Source: Clostridia bacterium
Lineage (GTDB): Bacteria > Bacillota > Clostridia > UMGS1883
Length of the DNA stretch: 64,000 bases
Direction: 5' to 3'
NCBI GenBank assembly: GCA_045545055.1
Contig: JAZQAB010000070.1
Span: 131-64,130, forward strand
Positions 1 through 8,775 of this stretch are shown here, one piece after another (within the stretch, counting starts at the first letter, position 1; every line of letters begins with the position of its first letter). The position numbers were made by a program, and so were the translations under genes. Below the pieces are notes generated by a model that was given only the letters and a program-made list of their open reading frames with translations, searched no databases and was not told the origin of the DNA.

Positions 1-92
1 AGGTTCCCTAAAGTTTTTGGGTAAGCAATAAGATATATAAATTGCGGAATACAGAGTGAAATCAAATCGTTCACCCTGATCTCGGAGGTTTT

Positions 93-1115
93 ATGAAAAT
101 TTACAAAAAAGCCACTTCCTGCTTATTAAGCGGAATTTTATGTATTTCTGCTCAGGCTCAGCCAATGGCAAACGCCATACGCACAAACACCGACATTACT
201 GAATTAAAAGGTTTTGAACTGCTTAACACAAGCTGTTATACGGTGCATAATTCATCGAAATCACCTCTTGACGGTCACAAAGCAGTCTATGATATGTATG
301 TGAAAGTCGATACAGAAGGTTTTTCATTAAAAGACACACCCTCTATCAAAACCCCTTCTGATGAAAAGGTTACAAACGTATCAGCCTATATAGACAACAA
401 CGACGGTTCATACATTTATGCGGATATTATTGACTTTACCCCTGCACAAATGGATTTCCTCAACGTTGCATTTCCCGTAAATGGTACGTATAAATTAGAT
501 GTACGCACTACCACGGGAGGCGATATGCTGTACCCTGTAGAAGTAACCGAAGCTTGCTTTCCCTACAATCAATCAGACAAAACACCTCCGCAGCTTAAAG
601 TTAACATCGCCCAGCCCGATGAATACATTACTATAAACGGCTTGACTGTTACTATAACTTCCGATGAAGTGTGCTATATGCGAATCAGCGGAATTGAATA
701 CAAATTAAGCAACAGCGCAAGCTGCAGAGTATTTAGCGACGGCGTATATCGAGTAACTGCAACCGATGTAAACGGAAACACTATAGAAATGCCTTTTACT
801 ATAGATGTTTTTAATAAACTTACAACCACAACTACCACCAAGACAACAACAACAACTACAACTACTACTACTGCAACCACTACTACAACCACACCGCCCG
901 AAAAAATACTTTACGGCGATGCAAATTGCGATGCTAAGGTTACAATTGCTGATGCCGCAGCTATATTACAGTTTCTTGCAAATCCGGATAAATACAAACT
1001 CAATGAAAAAGGCGTAAGAAATGCCGATTGTTTTGACCCGGGCAGCGGAGTTACAATCAACGATGCAATTTCTATTCAGCAGTTTGACGCTAAAATAAAA
1101 TTATCCCTTCCGTAA
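93..1115 (+). CDS. secreted dockerin-containing protein with poly-Thr linker
   Basis: ORF track. GGAGG lies just upstream of the ATG. N-terminal hydrophobic signal-like segment LLSGILCISAQA. Thr-rich linker. C-terminal duplicated dockerin segments GDANCDAKVTIADAAAILQFL and NADCFDPGSGVTINDAISIQQF. Confidence 0.8.
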   Translation: MKIYKKATSCLLSGILCISAQAQPMANAIRTNTDITELKGFELLNTSCYTVHNSSKSPLDGHKAVYDMYVKVDTEGFSLKDTPSIKTPSDEKVTNVSAYIDNNDGSYIYADIIDFTPAQMDFLNVAFPVNGTYKLDVRTTTGGDMLYPVEVTEACFPYNQSDKTPPQLKVNIAQPDEYITINGLTVTITSDEVCYMRISGIEYKLSNSASCRVFSDGVYRVTATDVNGNTIEMPFTIDVFNKLTTTTTTKTTTTTTTTTTATTTTTTPPEKILYGDANCDAKVTIADAAAILQFLANPDKYKLNEKGVRNADCFDPGSGVTINDAISIQQFDAKIKLSLP

Positions 1116-1156
1116 AAAACAACTAAAATTTTAATTGACAATTCATAATTTAATTG

Positions 1157-1185
1157 TTGACATATTCCGCAATAAATGGTATAAT
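1157..1185 (+). promoter_or_regulatory. sigma-A type promoter candidate
   Basis: TTGACA at 1157-1162, 17-nt spacer, extended -10 TGgTATAAT at 1177-1185. It sits about 195 nt upstream of the ATG at 1380. Confidence 0.5.
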
Positions 1186-1379
1186 TGATATGTAAATTTC
1201 AATTAATGCAGATATATCGTTATTATCGCAGTTGAATTCCGCAAAAAACGACTGATCGTATTTATTTTCTTCGATAATACTATTTGTATTAAATAATATC
1301 TGAAAAACTCGTATATTTTTTTTACAGTTAAGGGATTCTCTAACAGGATTCCCTGATGTAATACTTCAAGGAGGATACT

Positions 1380-3395
1380 ATGAGTATACTAAAAAAAGCA
1401 CTAAGCTTTATTCTGAGCGGAGCAATAGCAGCTTCCACTTCCGTTTCTACATTGTTTACAGGAAATGCAGCTTTTACTGTTTCCCCCGACACCACAGATT
1501 CAATTCTTAACAACAAAAAAGGGTATCACACGACAGCTTGTCTATTAAAAAACGCCTCGCTTTCATCATCATACAACTACCGCAAACTCGCCTACGATGT
1601 ATGGGCTAAAATTGATACAACAGGATATTCCTCAAGTACTACCGACTATGAAAGCGTTACCACCAAACTTGACGAGTACCTTACAGGTGTTACAGCGGAA
1701 TTTACTAATCCCGACGGCAGTATGGTCCAAGCTGAAGTTCTGGATTTCGAACAGAAACAAGTTGATAAATTTACCCTACTTTTCCCAAGAAATGGTACAT
1801 ATCAGTTTAATATCTATACAACAGATACTAATTTCGGTTACAGATTAGAAATTACAGATGTAAATGAAGCAGTTGACAGAAACGATAAAACTATTCCCGA
1901 ATTATCTATATTTATTCCTATGCCTACCCAATATAAGGGTCAGGAAATAAATATAACGACTAAAACAAATGAAATCTGTTCTATACAGATGGGTGACAAA
2001 GTTTATAGCAACTGTAACTATGCAACCTTTAATATTCCTTGTGACGGAACATACGAAGTAACCGCCACAGACCGCAACGGAAACTCCCGTACCAAATCGT
2101 TCAAGATAGATTATATGGACGAATATTTCAAAACATCCACAACTACAACTACTACCAAACCCACCACAACTACGACAACGACTACAAGTCCTCCCACAAC
2201 CACCACAACGACAACTACAACTGTTCAGCCTACCACGACAACCACAACAACTACGACGACAACGACAACGACGACTACCACAACAACGACGACGACTACC
2301 ACAACAACGACGACGACTACCACCACTACGACCACAGAACCAACAACTACCACTACCAAAGTCACAAATTGGTATCTGGCAATTAATCAGCCAATCAAAA
2401 ATGAATACGAATTCGGCGAAGCACTTGATTTGTCAAATATAACAGCTTCTATTTATTCAAACGAGAATTATTATAAAGTCAAGGATAAACCGATTACAAG
2501 CGATGATTTTATTGTTGACACCTCACGATATAACCCCAATAAAGAGGGCGGGTATCTAATATATGTCCATGACGCCGATGACAGCTCTGTAAATTCATCT
2601 TTTTATGTAAAAGTTAATGCTCCCGTCACCACAACTACAGAATCCACAACAACGACGACTACGACAACAACAACAACTACTACTACGACTACAACGACCA
2701 CCACTACGACAACTACTACCACTACAAAATCCACTACCACAACAACTGCCACGACTCCGTCATACCAGCTGATTACTCCCGATAAATCAGAGTTCTACGC
2801 AGGAAACAGCTTTAATATTGACGTGAAATCCCCCGAAGGAAAATCACTTCAGATATACTGGCTTGAATCCAGCGATTACAGCAAAGCAAGCGGCAACGGC
2901 AATAAGCTGTCACTTTACAATGAGGGAAATGTTACCATTACTGCCCATTGTCAGGACAACATCACCGTTAAATTAAACCTTTACATTGCTCCTAAACCCA
3001 CAGAAACAACTATTCAAACCACAACTACAACAGTGCCGCCAACTACCACCACCACTACAACGACTACCACCACCACAACAACTACTACTACGACAACTAC
3101 AACCACAGTTCCGCCAACAACCACTACCACAACGACAACTGCTCCGCCCGTTTCAACTGAACCGGCATACACCCTCGGCGATGTAAACGAGGACGGAAAG
3201 GTTGACTCATCAGATGCCTCATCAGTTCTCTTGGAATATGCGCTTTTGCAGACAGGCGGAAATTCATCTTTGACAGAAACAGGCAAAAAAGCAAGTGATG
3301 TCAACAAGGACGGAAAAATTGACTCCTCCGATGCTTCAAAAATCCTTGCTTATTATGCTATGATTTCCACAGGAAAAATTCCCACTTGGGATTAA
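1380..3395 (+). CDS. secreted dockerin-containing protein, paralog of 93..1115, three poly-Thr linkers
   Basis: AAGGAGG RBS and a signal-like N-terminus. The N-terminal domains align by eye with ORF 93..1115 (NGTYKLDV vs NGTYQFNI, VTATDVNGN vs VTATDRNGN). C-terminal dockerin GDVNEDGKVDSSDASSVLLEYA and DVNKDGKIDSSDASKILAYYA. Confidence 0.85.
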   Translation: MSILKKALSFILSGAIAASTSVSTLFTGNAAFTVSPDTTDSILNNKKGYHTTACLLKNASLSSSYNYRKLAYDVWAKIDTTGYSSSTTDYESVTTKLDEYLTGVTAEFTNPDGSMVQAEVLDFEQKQVDKFTLLFPRNGTYQFNIYTTDTNFGYRLEITDVNEAVDRNDKTIPELSIFIPMPTQYKGQEINITTKTNEICSIQMGDKVYSNCNYATFNIPCDGTYEVTATDRNGNSRTKSFKIDYMDEYFKTSTTTTTTKPTTTTTTTTSPPTTTTTTTTTVQPTTTTTTTTTTTTTTTTTTTTTTTTTTTTTTTTTTTEPTTTTTKVTNWYLAINQPIKNEYEFGEALDLSNITASIYSNENYYKVKDKPITSDDFIVDTSRYNPNKEGGYLIYVHDADDSSVNSSFYVKVNAPVTTTTESTTTTTTTTTTTTTTTTTTTTTTTTTTTKSTTTTTATTPSYQLITPDKSEFYAGNSFNIDVKSPEGKSLQIYWLESSDYSKASGNGNKLSLYNEGNVTITAHCQDNITVKLNLYIAPKPTETTIQTTTTTVPPTTTTTTTTTTTTTTTTTTTTTTVPPTTTTTTTTAPPVSTEPAYTLGDVNEDGKVDSSDASSVLLEYALLQTGGNSSLTETGKKASDVNKDGKIDSSDASKILAYYAMISTGKIPTWD

Positions 3396-3400
3396 TTCAA

Positions 3401-3428
3401 GGCGGCAGATTAATTCTGCCGCTTTTTT
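3401..3428 (+). terminator. rho-independent terminator
   Basis: GGCGGCAGA / TCTGCCGC stem followed by a T-run, 6 nt after the stop at 3395. Confidence 0.7.
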
Positions 3429-3449
3429 ATTTTCGGCTTATGAACTTTT

Positions 3450-3608
3450 ATACCAATCCCTAAAATGTTAGTAGACAAAGATGATGAGCAGAAATACTGT
3501 ATGTCAAGGCGGACGACAAAAGCATACCGCCGTACGGTGAAAAGGACAACGACGACATACGGCATTTATGCCATTAGATTTGTCTACTGTTGTTTTAGGG
3601 ATTAGTAT
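3450..3608. repeat. imperfect 30-bp inverted repeat pair flanking a 99-bp spacer (MITE-like or long hairpin)
   Basis: ATACCAATCCCTAAAATGTTAGTAGACAAA (3450-3479) is the near reverse complement of TTTGTCTACTGTTGTTTTAGGGATTAGTAT (3579-3608). Confidence 0.5.
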
Positions 3609-3643
3609 TAGTACGGTCAATTGTTAACATTCTTTAAACTTTA

Positions 3644-3672
3644 TTGACAAAACTATTTGACAGGTGTATAAT
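3644..3672 (+). promoter_or_regulatory. consensus sigma-A promoter
   Basis: TTGACA at 3644-3649, 17-nt spacer, TATAAT at 3667-3672. The track ORF starting at 3644 begins inside this -35 box. Confidence 0.6.
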
Positions 3673-3709
3673 GTTTATATGGATATTTCACATTGAAAGG
3701 ATGGTTTAT

Positions 3710-4459
3710 ATGACAAACATTAAAAAGAGTACTGTAATTGCTGCTGCCGTTTCTGTAATTGCATCATTCGCAATCCCCTTTTTTAATCCACAGCAAAATA
3801 TGCAGACATCAGCTGCATCTCTGTCAACTGAAATGAAAAAAGCCTACCCCGACAGCAAAGAAGTTTACAATACTTTAATGTCGTTTGAAAGCAAATATCC
3901 GCAAGGCACGCCTTGGGGAAACGATAAGTATTTCACTTGGAAAGGCGGCACTTATTCCACAGGTTACGGTTGTGCAGGTTTTGCCTTTATGCTGAGTGAT
4001 GCCGCTTTCGGCAATTTACCTGCAAAATTCCTGCGTACTTTTAACCCGTCAGCTGTTCAGGTTGGCGATATTCTCCACTATAACAACCATTTTATCGTAG
4101 TTCTTGAACGTGCCAACAACGGCTTTATCGTCGCTGAGGGCAATGTTAACCAACAGGTAATGTGGGGCCGTCTGATTACAGATGCTGAAATCAGAGCAAA
4201 TTTTGAGCATCATATTACCCGTTATCCCGAAGTAGTTTTAGGCGATGTAAACCTTGACGGCAAAATTGATTCCTCCGATTCATCAGTTGTTCTCGAAGAT
4301 TTCGCTCTCATTCAGACAGGAAACTCCTCTTTATTTAATGACAGCACAAAAAAAGCTGCCGATGTAAACAAAGACGGCAGAGCTGATTCTGTGGATGCAT
4401 CGAAAATTCTTGAATACTACGGTTTACTTTCCACAGGCAGAAATCCCTCTTGGAATTAA
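3710..4459 (+). CDS. secreted dockerin protein with putative papain-fold (NlpC/P60- or CHAP-like) domain
   Basis: ATG at 3710 after an AAAGGA RBS, then a signal/TM segment. Cys in GYGCAGFAF and His in NNHFIVVLE are spaced like a Cys-His hydrolase. C-terminal dockerin GDVNLDGKIDSSDSSVVLEDFA and DVNKDGRADSVDASKILEYY. Confidence 0.75.
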   Translation: MTNIKKSTVIAAAVSVIASFAIPFFNPQQNMQTSAASLSTEMKKAYPDSKEVYNTLMSFESKYPQGTPWGNDKYFTWKGGTYSTGYGCAGFAFMLSDAAFGNLPAKFLRTFNPSAVQVGDILHYNNHFIVVLERANNGFIVAEGNVNQQVMWGRLITDAEIRANFEHHITRYPEVVLGDVNLDGKIDSSDSSVVLEDFALIQTGNSSLFNDSTKKAADVNKDGRADSVDASKILEYYGLLSTGRNPSWN

Positions 4460-4664
4460 CTAAATGGAGCAGTCATATCAATCCCAGCTATTCTATGTAT
4501 CGAAATTGAAAACTTATCCATCATCTCCCCTACCAATCGCCGAAATCCTTCTCATCAAAAATTTTTAAATACTCCATACCTCCCTATTTTTCGCCATTTT
4601 TTAAAAAATCCACTTTATAATCCGCCTGTTTTATAGTTAAATATAAAAAATATCTCAAAACCCC

Positions 4665-4693
4665 TTGACAAAACTGAAATTCTTTGATATAAT
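4665..4693 (+). promoter_or_regulatory. consensus sigma-A promoter for tRNA-Trp
   Basis: TTGACA at 4665-4670, 17-nt spacer, TATAAT at 4688-4693. The tRNA starts 28 nt downstream. Confidence 0.6.
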
Positions 4694-4720
4694 ATTATTG
4701 TTGCTTACGGCAAATAATTT

Positions 4721-4796
4721 AGGGGTATAGCTCAGTTGGTAGAGCAGCGGTCTCCAAAACCGCGTGCCGAGGGTTCAAGTCCTTCTGCCCCTGCCA
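4721..4796 (+). tRNA. trnW: tRNA-Trp (anticodon CCA)
   Basis: 76 nt. Acceptor stem AGGGGTA/TGCCCCT. D arm GCTCAGTTGGTAGAGC. Anticodon loop CTCCAAA with CCA at 4754-4756. T arm GAGGGTTCAAGTCCTTC. Encoded 3' CCA. Confidence 0.93.
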
Positions 4797-4960
4797 TCTC
4801 TGTTATACAAAATAGATGACAGACCAAAAAAGTCCGATTTTTCGGGCTTTTTTGCGCATCTGGTGCCAAAAATTTTTAGTGTAAAACCGTAGATGACATT
4901 TTGCCTTTTCAAGTCTAAAACACGACTCGAACGGGCGTTTTTTGATTTTCAAGAGAATTG

Positions 4961-5002
4961 AGAGCAGATTTGGAAGAAAAATTCCAAAGTCTGCTCTTTT
5001 TT
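4961..5002 (+). terminator. strong hairpin plus T-run in the tRNA/ICE junction region
   Basis: AGAGCAGATTTGGA / TCCAAAGTCTGCTCT stem followed by TTTTTT. Confidence 0.6.
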
Positions 5003-5129
5003 ATTGCGAAAAACTTTCACAAAGTTTCAGACGGTTTCTTGTTCGTTATGCCGAATTGATTGAGAAGTAAATTCTCGATTGGTTCGGCATTTTTGTTTTC
5101 CCCTATACATTTATAAAGAAAGAGAGTTG

Positions 5130-6215
5130 ATGCTAATGAAAAAAATCACATTCAATGCTCTGCTCAATCACAAGGCTCATAACTATAAGCCGATGCAGAT
5201 TGAAGTGGAGAAAGTCATTCCCATCTACGGTAAGAGGTTCGAACAGATAAGAGAACATCCCCTGGATGACTGTCCTGAAATCATCGAGAACAGAGATCTG
5301 ATGTATATGAAAGGCAACACCGCACACTGTATCCTCTTCCTTGATGCCAACGGCAGCGATGGAATCCTTGTTGAAGCCGAGGGTGCTGACTACGCCCGCA
5401 AGTCACAGTTCATTCCGAATGCAAGAGCAATCGTTGAGGCGAATGACATTACTGCCGGAGAACATCAGCTCCACGCAGAGCTGAAAGCTATGGCAGATCG
5501 CATTGCAGAGCTTGCTCACACAGGTCAGAAGCACTTCATCTTTGAAGATATGCTCGGCGATGAAGATTTGCGAGTTCTGATGATTCGAACAGTAGCAGAA
5601 ATGCTTGGCAGACGTGAAGATCTTGCAGAGGTTCGTGATCACTACCTCGGAATTACAGGTCAGGCAGATTTCACGGTAACTGCAAAGCCTGCACAGGAAA
5701 TGAAACTCTATTGTCCCCTTGAAATTCAGGCTGAACCGCAGATCTACGAAACAGACTGGGATGCACCGTATGAAGATGACCTTGAGGTTATTCCATCAAG
5801 CTGTGCTTGTGGCTGTGAGGATGAAATCAATGCCGCCATTGAAAAATACTCCGAACCAGAGGAAAAACACCGTGGACTCATGATTTATTACAATGAGGAT
5901 TCACCAGTCAATGAAAAGGTTATCTCCGCATTCCCTTCAGTAGAGGTCAGAAACGGAGAGCTTGTTGGAGTCCTCACCTGCCAGATTACAGAACCACTTA
6001 CTGACAGCGAAATGGCTGAATTTCAGGATTGGTGGTCTGGACAAGCATCAGATGGCTGGGGCGAGGGTTTTGAGCAGAGAGAAATCAAGACTGACGCATT
6101 CGGTACAATTTACGTCAGCTTCTGGAATTCCTCTGACAGCTGGCAGATTGAAGTTGAGATGATGGATGAAACCAATGATATCGAGGAAGAAGAAAGCTTC
6201 GATATGTCGATGTAA
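5130..6215 (+). CDS. ICE-associated conserved hypothetical protein, acidic C-terminus ending DMSM
   Basis: ORF track with an internal ATG at 5130 or 5136 after AAAGAGAG. No family recognised with confidence. Highly acidic tail EEEESFDMSM. Confidence 0.65.
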   Translation: MLMKKITFNALLNHKAHNYKPMQIEVEKVIPIYGKRFEQIREHPLDDCPEIIENRDLMYMKGNTAHCILFLDANGSDGILVEAEGADYARKSQFIPNARAIVEANDITAGEHQLHAELKAMADRIAELAHTGQKHFIFEDMLGDEDLRVLMIRTVAEMLGRREDLAEVRDHYLGITGQADFTVTAKPAQEMKLYCPLEIQAEPQIYETDWDAPYEDDLEVIPSSCACGCEDEINAAIEKYSEPEEKHRGLMIYYNEDSPVNEKVISAFPSVEVRNGELVGVLTCQITEPLTDSEMAEFQDWWSGQASDGWGEGFEQREIKTDAFGTIYVSFWNSSDSWQIEVEMMDETNDIEEEESFDMSM

Positions 6216-6227
6216 AGGAAGAATTTT

Positions 6228-6746
6228 ATGAGTCAGTTTCCAAGTCCAAAAGAAGTAGAACGCATCAAAAAGATGTATCCAAAGGGTACAAGAATTCAGA
6301 TTGAGAGAATGAATGATCCGTATCATCCGATTGAACGTGGAACTAAAGGCACTGTTGACCATGTAGATGATGCAGGCACACTTCATTGCACTTTTGACAA
6401 TGGACGCACTCTGGGAGTCGTTACCGATGCAGATATTTTTCATGTCATTGACAGATTGAATGTTCCGGTTGCTGAACGTTACGCTTGTCTTCTCGGCTCT
6501 GCAATTGATGGCAACAAACGACTCCACAATGTTCAGGAGGTTGCCGAGTTTATCTGTAAGCATGGTCAGTACGGCGATGTACGAATCACAACTATGGAAG
6601 GCAAAGAACTTCTGGACACCTTTGGAATCTATATCAACAAGATTTCGGATATGGAATACCGTGAGGAACTTCTCAAGGTGCTGATTCCGATGCAGCATGA
6701 AGTAGAAAATGCCGCGTTCTCGGAAGATGTGGATATGACGATGTAA
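6228..6746 (+). CDS. DUF4314-like ICE protein, C-terminus DVDMTM
   Basis: The N-terminus SPKEVERIKKMYPKGTRIQIERMNDPYHPIERGTKGTVDHVDDAGTLHCTFDNGRTLGV matches my memory of the DUF4314 signature. It follows the previous gene tightly. Confidence 0.7.
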   Translation: MSQFPSPKEVERIKKMYPKGTRIQIERMNDPYHPIERGTKGTVDHVDDAGTLHCTFDNGRTLGVVTDADIFHVIDRLNVPVAERYACLLGSAIDGNKRLHNVQEVAEFICKHGQYGDVRITTMEGKELLDTFGIYINKISDMEYREELLKVLIPMQHEVENAAFSEDVDMTM

Positions 6747-6904
6747 CTATTAGTCGCAGATTTTCTGCGACTATACATACTTGCAGTAATATGCGAAAAG
6801 TGATATAATAAGAACAGAAATTTATAAAACTGTATGTCCACAATCATACACAATCACGCTTTTTTATGATATACTTTCTTTAGAATCTAAAGGGAGGCGC
6901 TCTT

Positions 6905-7267
6905 ATGAGCAAGGAAATAAAGAACTATTTTGAGGTCAAGGAAATTTGCAGAAAAGCCACGTCATATTTTATAGGTTCGTTTATCGAATATATAATAGAC
7001 AGGCGTGAAGAATGGGAAAACCCACAAACCAAGAAAATCTTTATCGCAAACTTTCACAAAGAGTTCTTTGATTGGGACAATGAATGTACATTTGAAAGAA
7101 CTCAGAATCGAGTTAATTGTGCTATCCGTCTTATTGAACATCATATGGTAGAAGAAGCTTTAGAATATGTCTTGAATTCAAATGACAAGAAGATGGATAT
7201 TCAAGAAGCGAAAATAAATGCACAAGAAACATTGGATCGTCTTAAATCTGGCGAATTGAAATACTAA
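6905..7267 (+). CDS. hypothetical protein (low-GC cassette gene)
   Basis: GGGAGG RBS upstream. Preceded by promoter TTGCAG-N17-TATAAT at 6781-6809. No family recognised. Confidence 0.55.
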   Translation: MSKEIKNYFEVKEICRKATSYFIGSFIEYIIDRREEWENPQTKKIFIANFHKEFFDWDNECTFERTQNRVNCAIRLIEHHMVEEALEYVLNSNDKKMDIQEAKINAQETLDRLKSGELKY

Positions 7268-7281
7268 GAGGTGAACAAAAA

Positions 7282-7548
7282 ATGAAAAATAGTTTTGAAG
7301 ATTTTCTGATTAAAAAAGGATATAGTCTCAGAACTCCAAGTGGAAATCCAAGCACAGTATACGATTATTTAAAACGTATTGATTTTGTTTGCAAGGTAGA
7401 AAAGACTGACTGGAATGGGTTAGCAAATAACATACAAAATATATTGACTGAATATGAAGAAGGTGGAACAAAAGAACAGTTGGGTGCAAAATCACATAAC
7501 GCTGTAAGATGTGCGTTGCGCTGTTTCAAGGAATTTATAGAAAAATAG
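7282..7548 (+). CDS. hypothetical protein (low-GC cassette gene)
   Basis: GAGGTG RBS, 14 nt after the previous stop. Followed by the terminator at 7563-7596. Confidence 0.55.
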   Translation: MKNSFEDFLIKKGYSLRTPSGNPSTVYDYLKRIDFVCKVEKTDWNGLANNIQNILTEYEEGGTKEQLGAKSHNAVRCALRCFKEFIEK

Positions 7549-7557
7549 GTTGATTAA

Positions 7558-7616
7558 TACATAGCCATTCGTGAGCAATCACGGATGGCTTTTTTATACC
7601 CAAAACAAGAAAGGAG
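7558..7616 (+). repeat. B-type junction element, degenerate copy (terminator hairpin plus RBS)
   Basis: ATAGCCATTCGTGAGCAATCACGGATGGCTTTTTT then CCCAAAACAAGAAAGGAG parallels the copies at 16191, 18160 and 28559. The downstream ATG is followed at once by a stop. Confidence 0.55.
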
Positions 7617-8070
7617 TTTTGAGAATGATATAATATACAAGACTTCTTGGTATTCCGAGTTTTTTACACATGGCGCTGATACTGTACTTATGTCTGCTTG
7701 CAAGAATTATTTTGACTTTCGTGCCATTATCAGCGCCGCTTGTTTTAAAATATCAGCCTCCATTTCGAGTTCCTTTACACGCTTCCTTAGCTCTATCAGC
7801 TCATTTTCCTCAGGCGTTCTGTTATCTTTGGCTCTGAATGAACCTGAATTATTGAAATCTCTCACCCACTTTGTTACACTTGATTTTGCTATTCCATATT
7901 CTTTTGCTACAGAATTTGAGGATTTTCCGCTTTTTACAAGCATTACTATCTGCCTTTTAAATTCGTCTGTATAATTTCTTGTTTTTCCTGACATTTTTAC
8001 CACCTTACCTTTTTTTACTTCTATTATATCATGGCTAAATGTTTTCTGTCCAATTTATTATAACCGATCC
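7617..8070 (-). mobile_element. IS3-family remnant (orfA intact, orfB cut after about 25 codons)
   Basis: After the orfA stop, the minus strand reads KYSISAMCKKLGIPRSLVYY, a typical start of IS3 orfB. It then runs into the B-type element. The upstream end near 8070 is approximate. Confidence 0.6.
7707..8003 (-). CDS. IS3-family transposase OrfA (HTH)
   Basis: MSGKTRNYTDEFKRQIVMLVKSGKSSNSVAKEYGIAKSSVTKWVRDF is a classic IS3/IS150 OrfA helix-turn-helix, followed by a leucine-zipper-like C-terminus. Confidence 0.8.
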   Translation of the reverse strand: MVKMSGKTRNYTDEFKRQIVMLVKSGKSSNSVAKEYGIAKSSVTKWVRDFNNSGSFRAKDNRTPEENELIELRKRVKELEMEADILKQAALIMARKSK

Positions 8071-8309
8071 AATACCTACCTCAAAGAGTTTCGGGAAATT
8101 GAGGAGCAGATCTATGCGATCTGGAAAATTGATATGTTTATCAGGTGGCTTGCTGTTCATGTGCCGAGTAGTGAATCGTAAAACTGCACCAGACAGGCTT
8201 TTGAAATTGCTGCGCCCTGCACAAGAATTATTACAATTCTTCCGATATGCTGGTCTCTGAAATCATTGTCGGCTATAATATAGTTACTATGAAATTGGAG
8301 GTATCAGCT

Positions 8310-8522
8310 ATGTCGAAAACACCTGAATTGGCAATGCCGAGATCACGCAAGGTCACTACCGTGTGCAACAGCAGGCGTGAGGTCTGGACCGACTACGAAG
8401 AAGCGAAAGCGTATTTCCTTGAACTTATGATGTCAACAGACGATGAGAAACATGACCAAGCAGAGTGCGTATATATTCAACTGCTTCACGGGCTGGACGA
8501 GTGCAGTGACGAGAACGAATAA
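8310..8522 (+). CDS. small acidic hypothetical protein
   Basis: ATG at 8310 after a GGAGG RBS. A hairpin terminator follows near 8528-8565. Confidence 0.5.
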   Translation: MSKTPELAMPRSRKVTTVCNSRREVWTDYEEAKAYFLELMMSTDDEKHDQAECVYIQLLHGLDECSDENE

Positions 8523-8775
8523 TGATAGCAGAGGGCTTTGCAGAAATGCAGAGCCTTTTGCTATGCCCTGCCGCGAACGGAAACGTCCCTCACAGCCGTC
8601 TGAGCCTGCGGAGCTGAAAACTAAACGCCGAAAAGAAACAGCCCTGAGAAATGCTTGTATTGCAAATCTCAGGGCTTGTCTGTTATTCAGTTCCACCAAT
8701 AGGGTTTCCGCTGATTTCGGTGCTCGCCATAATCATAATGCGGAACAGAAAGTGAGTCCGCCATTAGGCTATACT

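Noticed and set aside
674-892. Minus-strand poly-Val ORFs opposite poly-Thr linkers (also 3014..3307 and 21406..21819).
   Set aside because: They are the reverse complement of ACN codon runs inside well-supported plus-strand genes. They have no RBS and are pure low-complexity sequence.
7585-7974. 129-aa plus-strand ORF.
   Set aside because: It is antisense to the IS3 orfA, which has a textbook HTH sequence, and its product is low-complexity Ser/Phe-rich.
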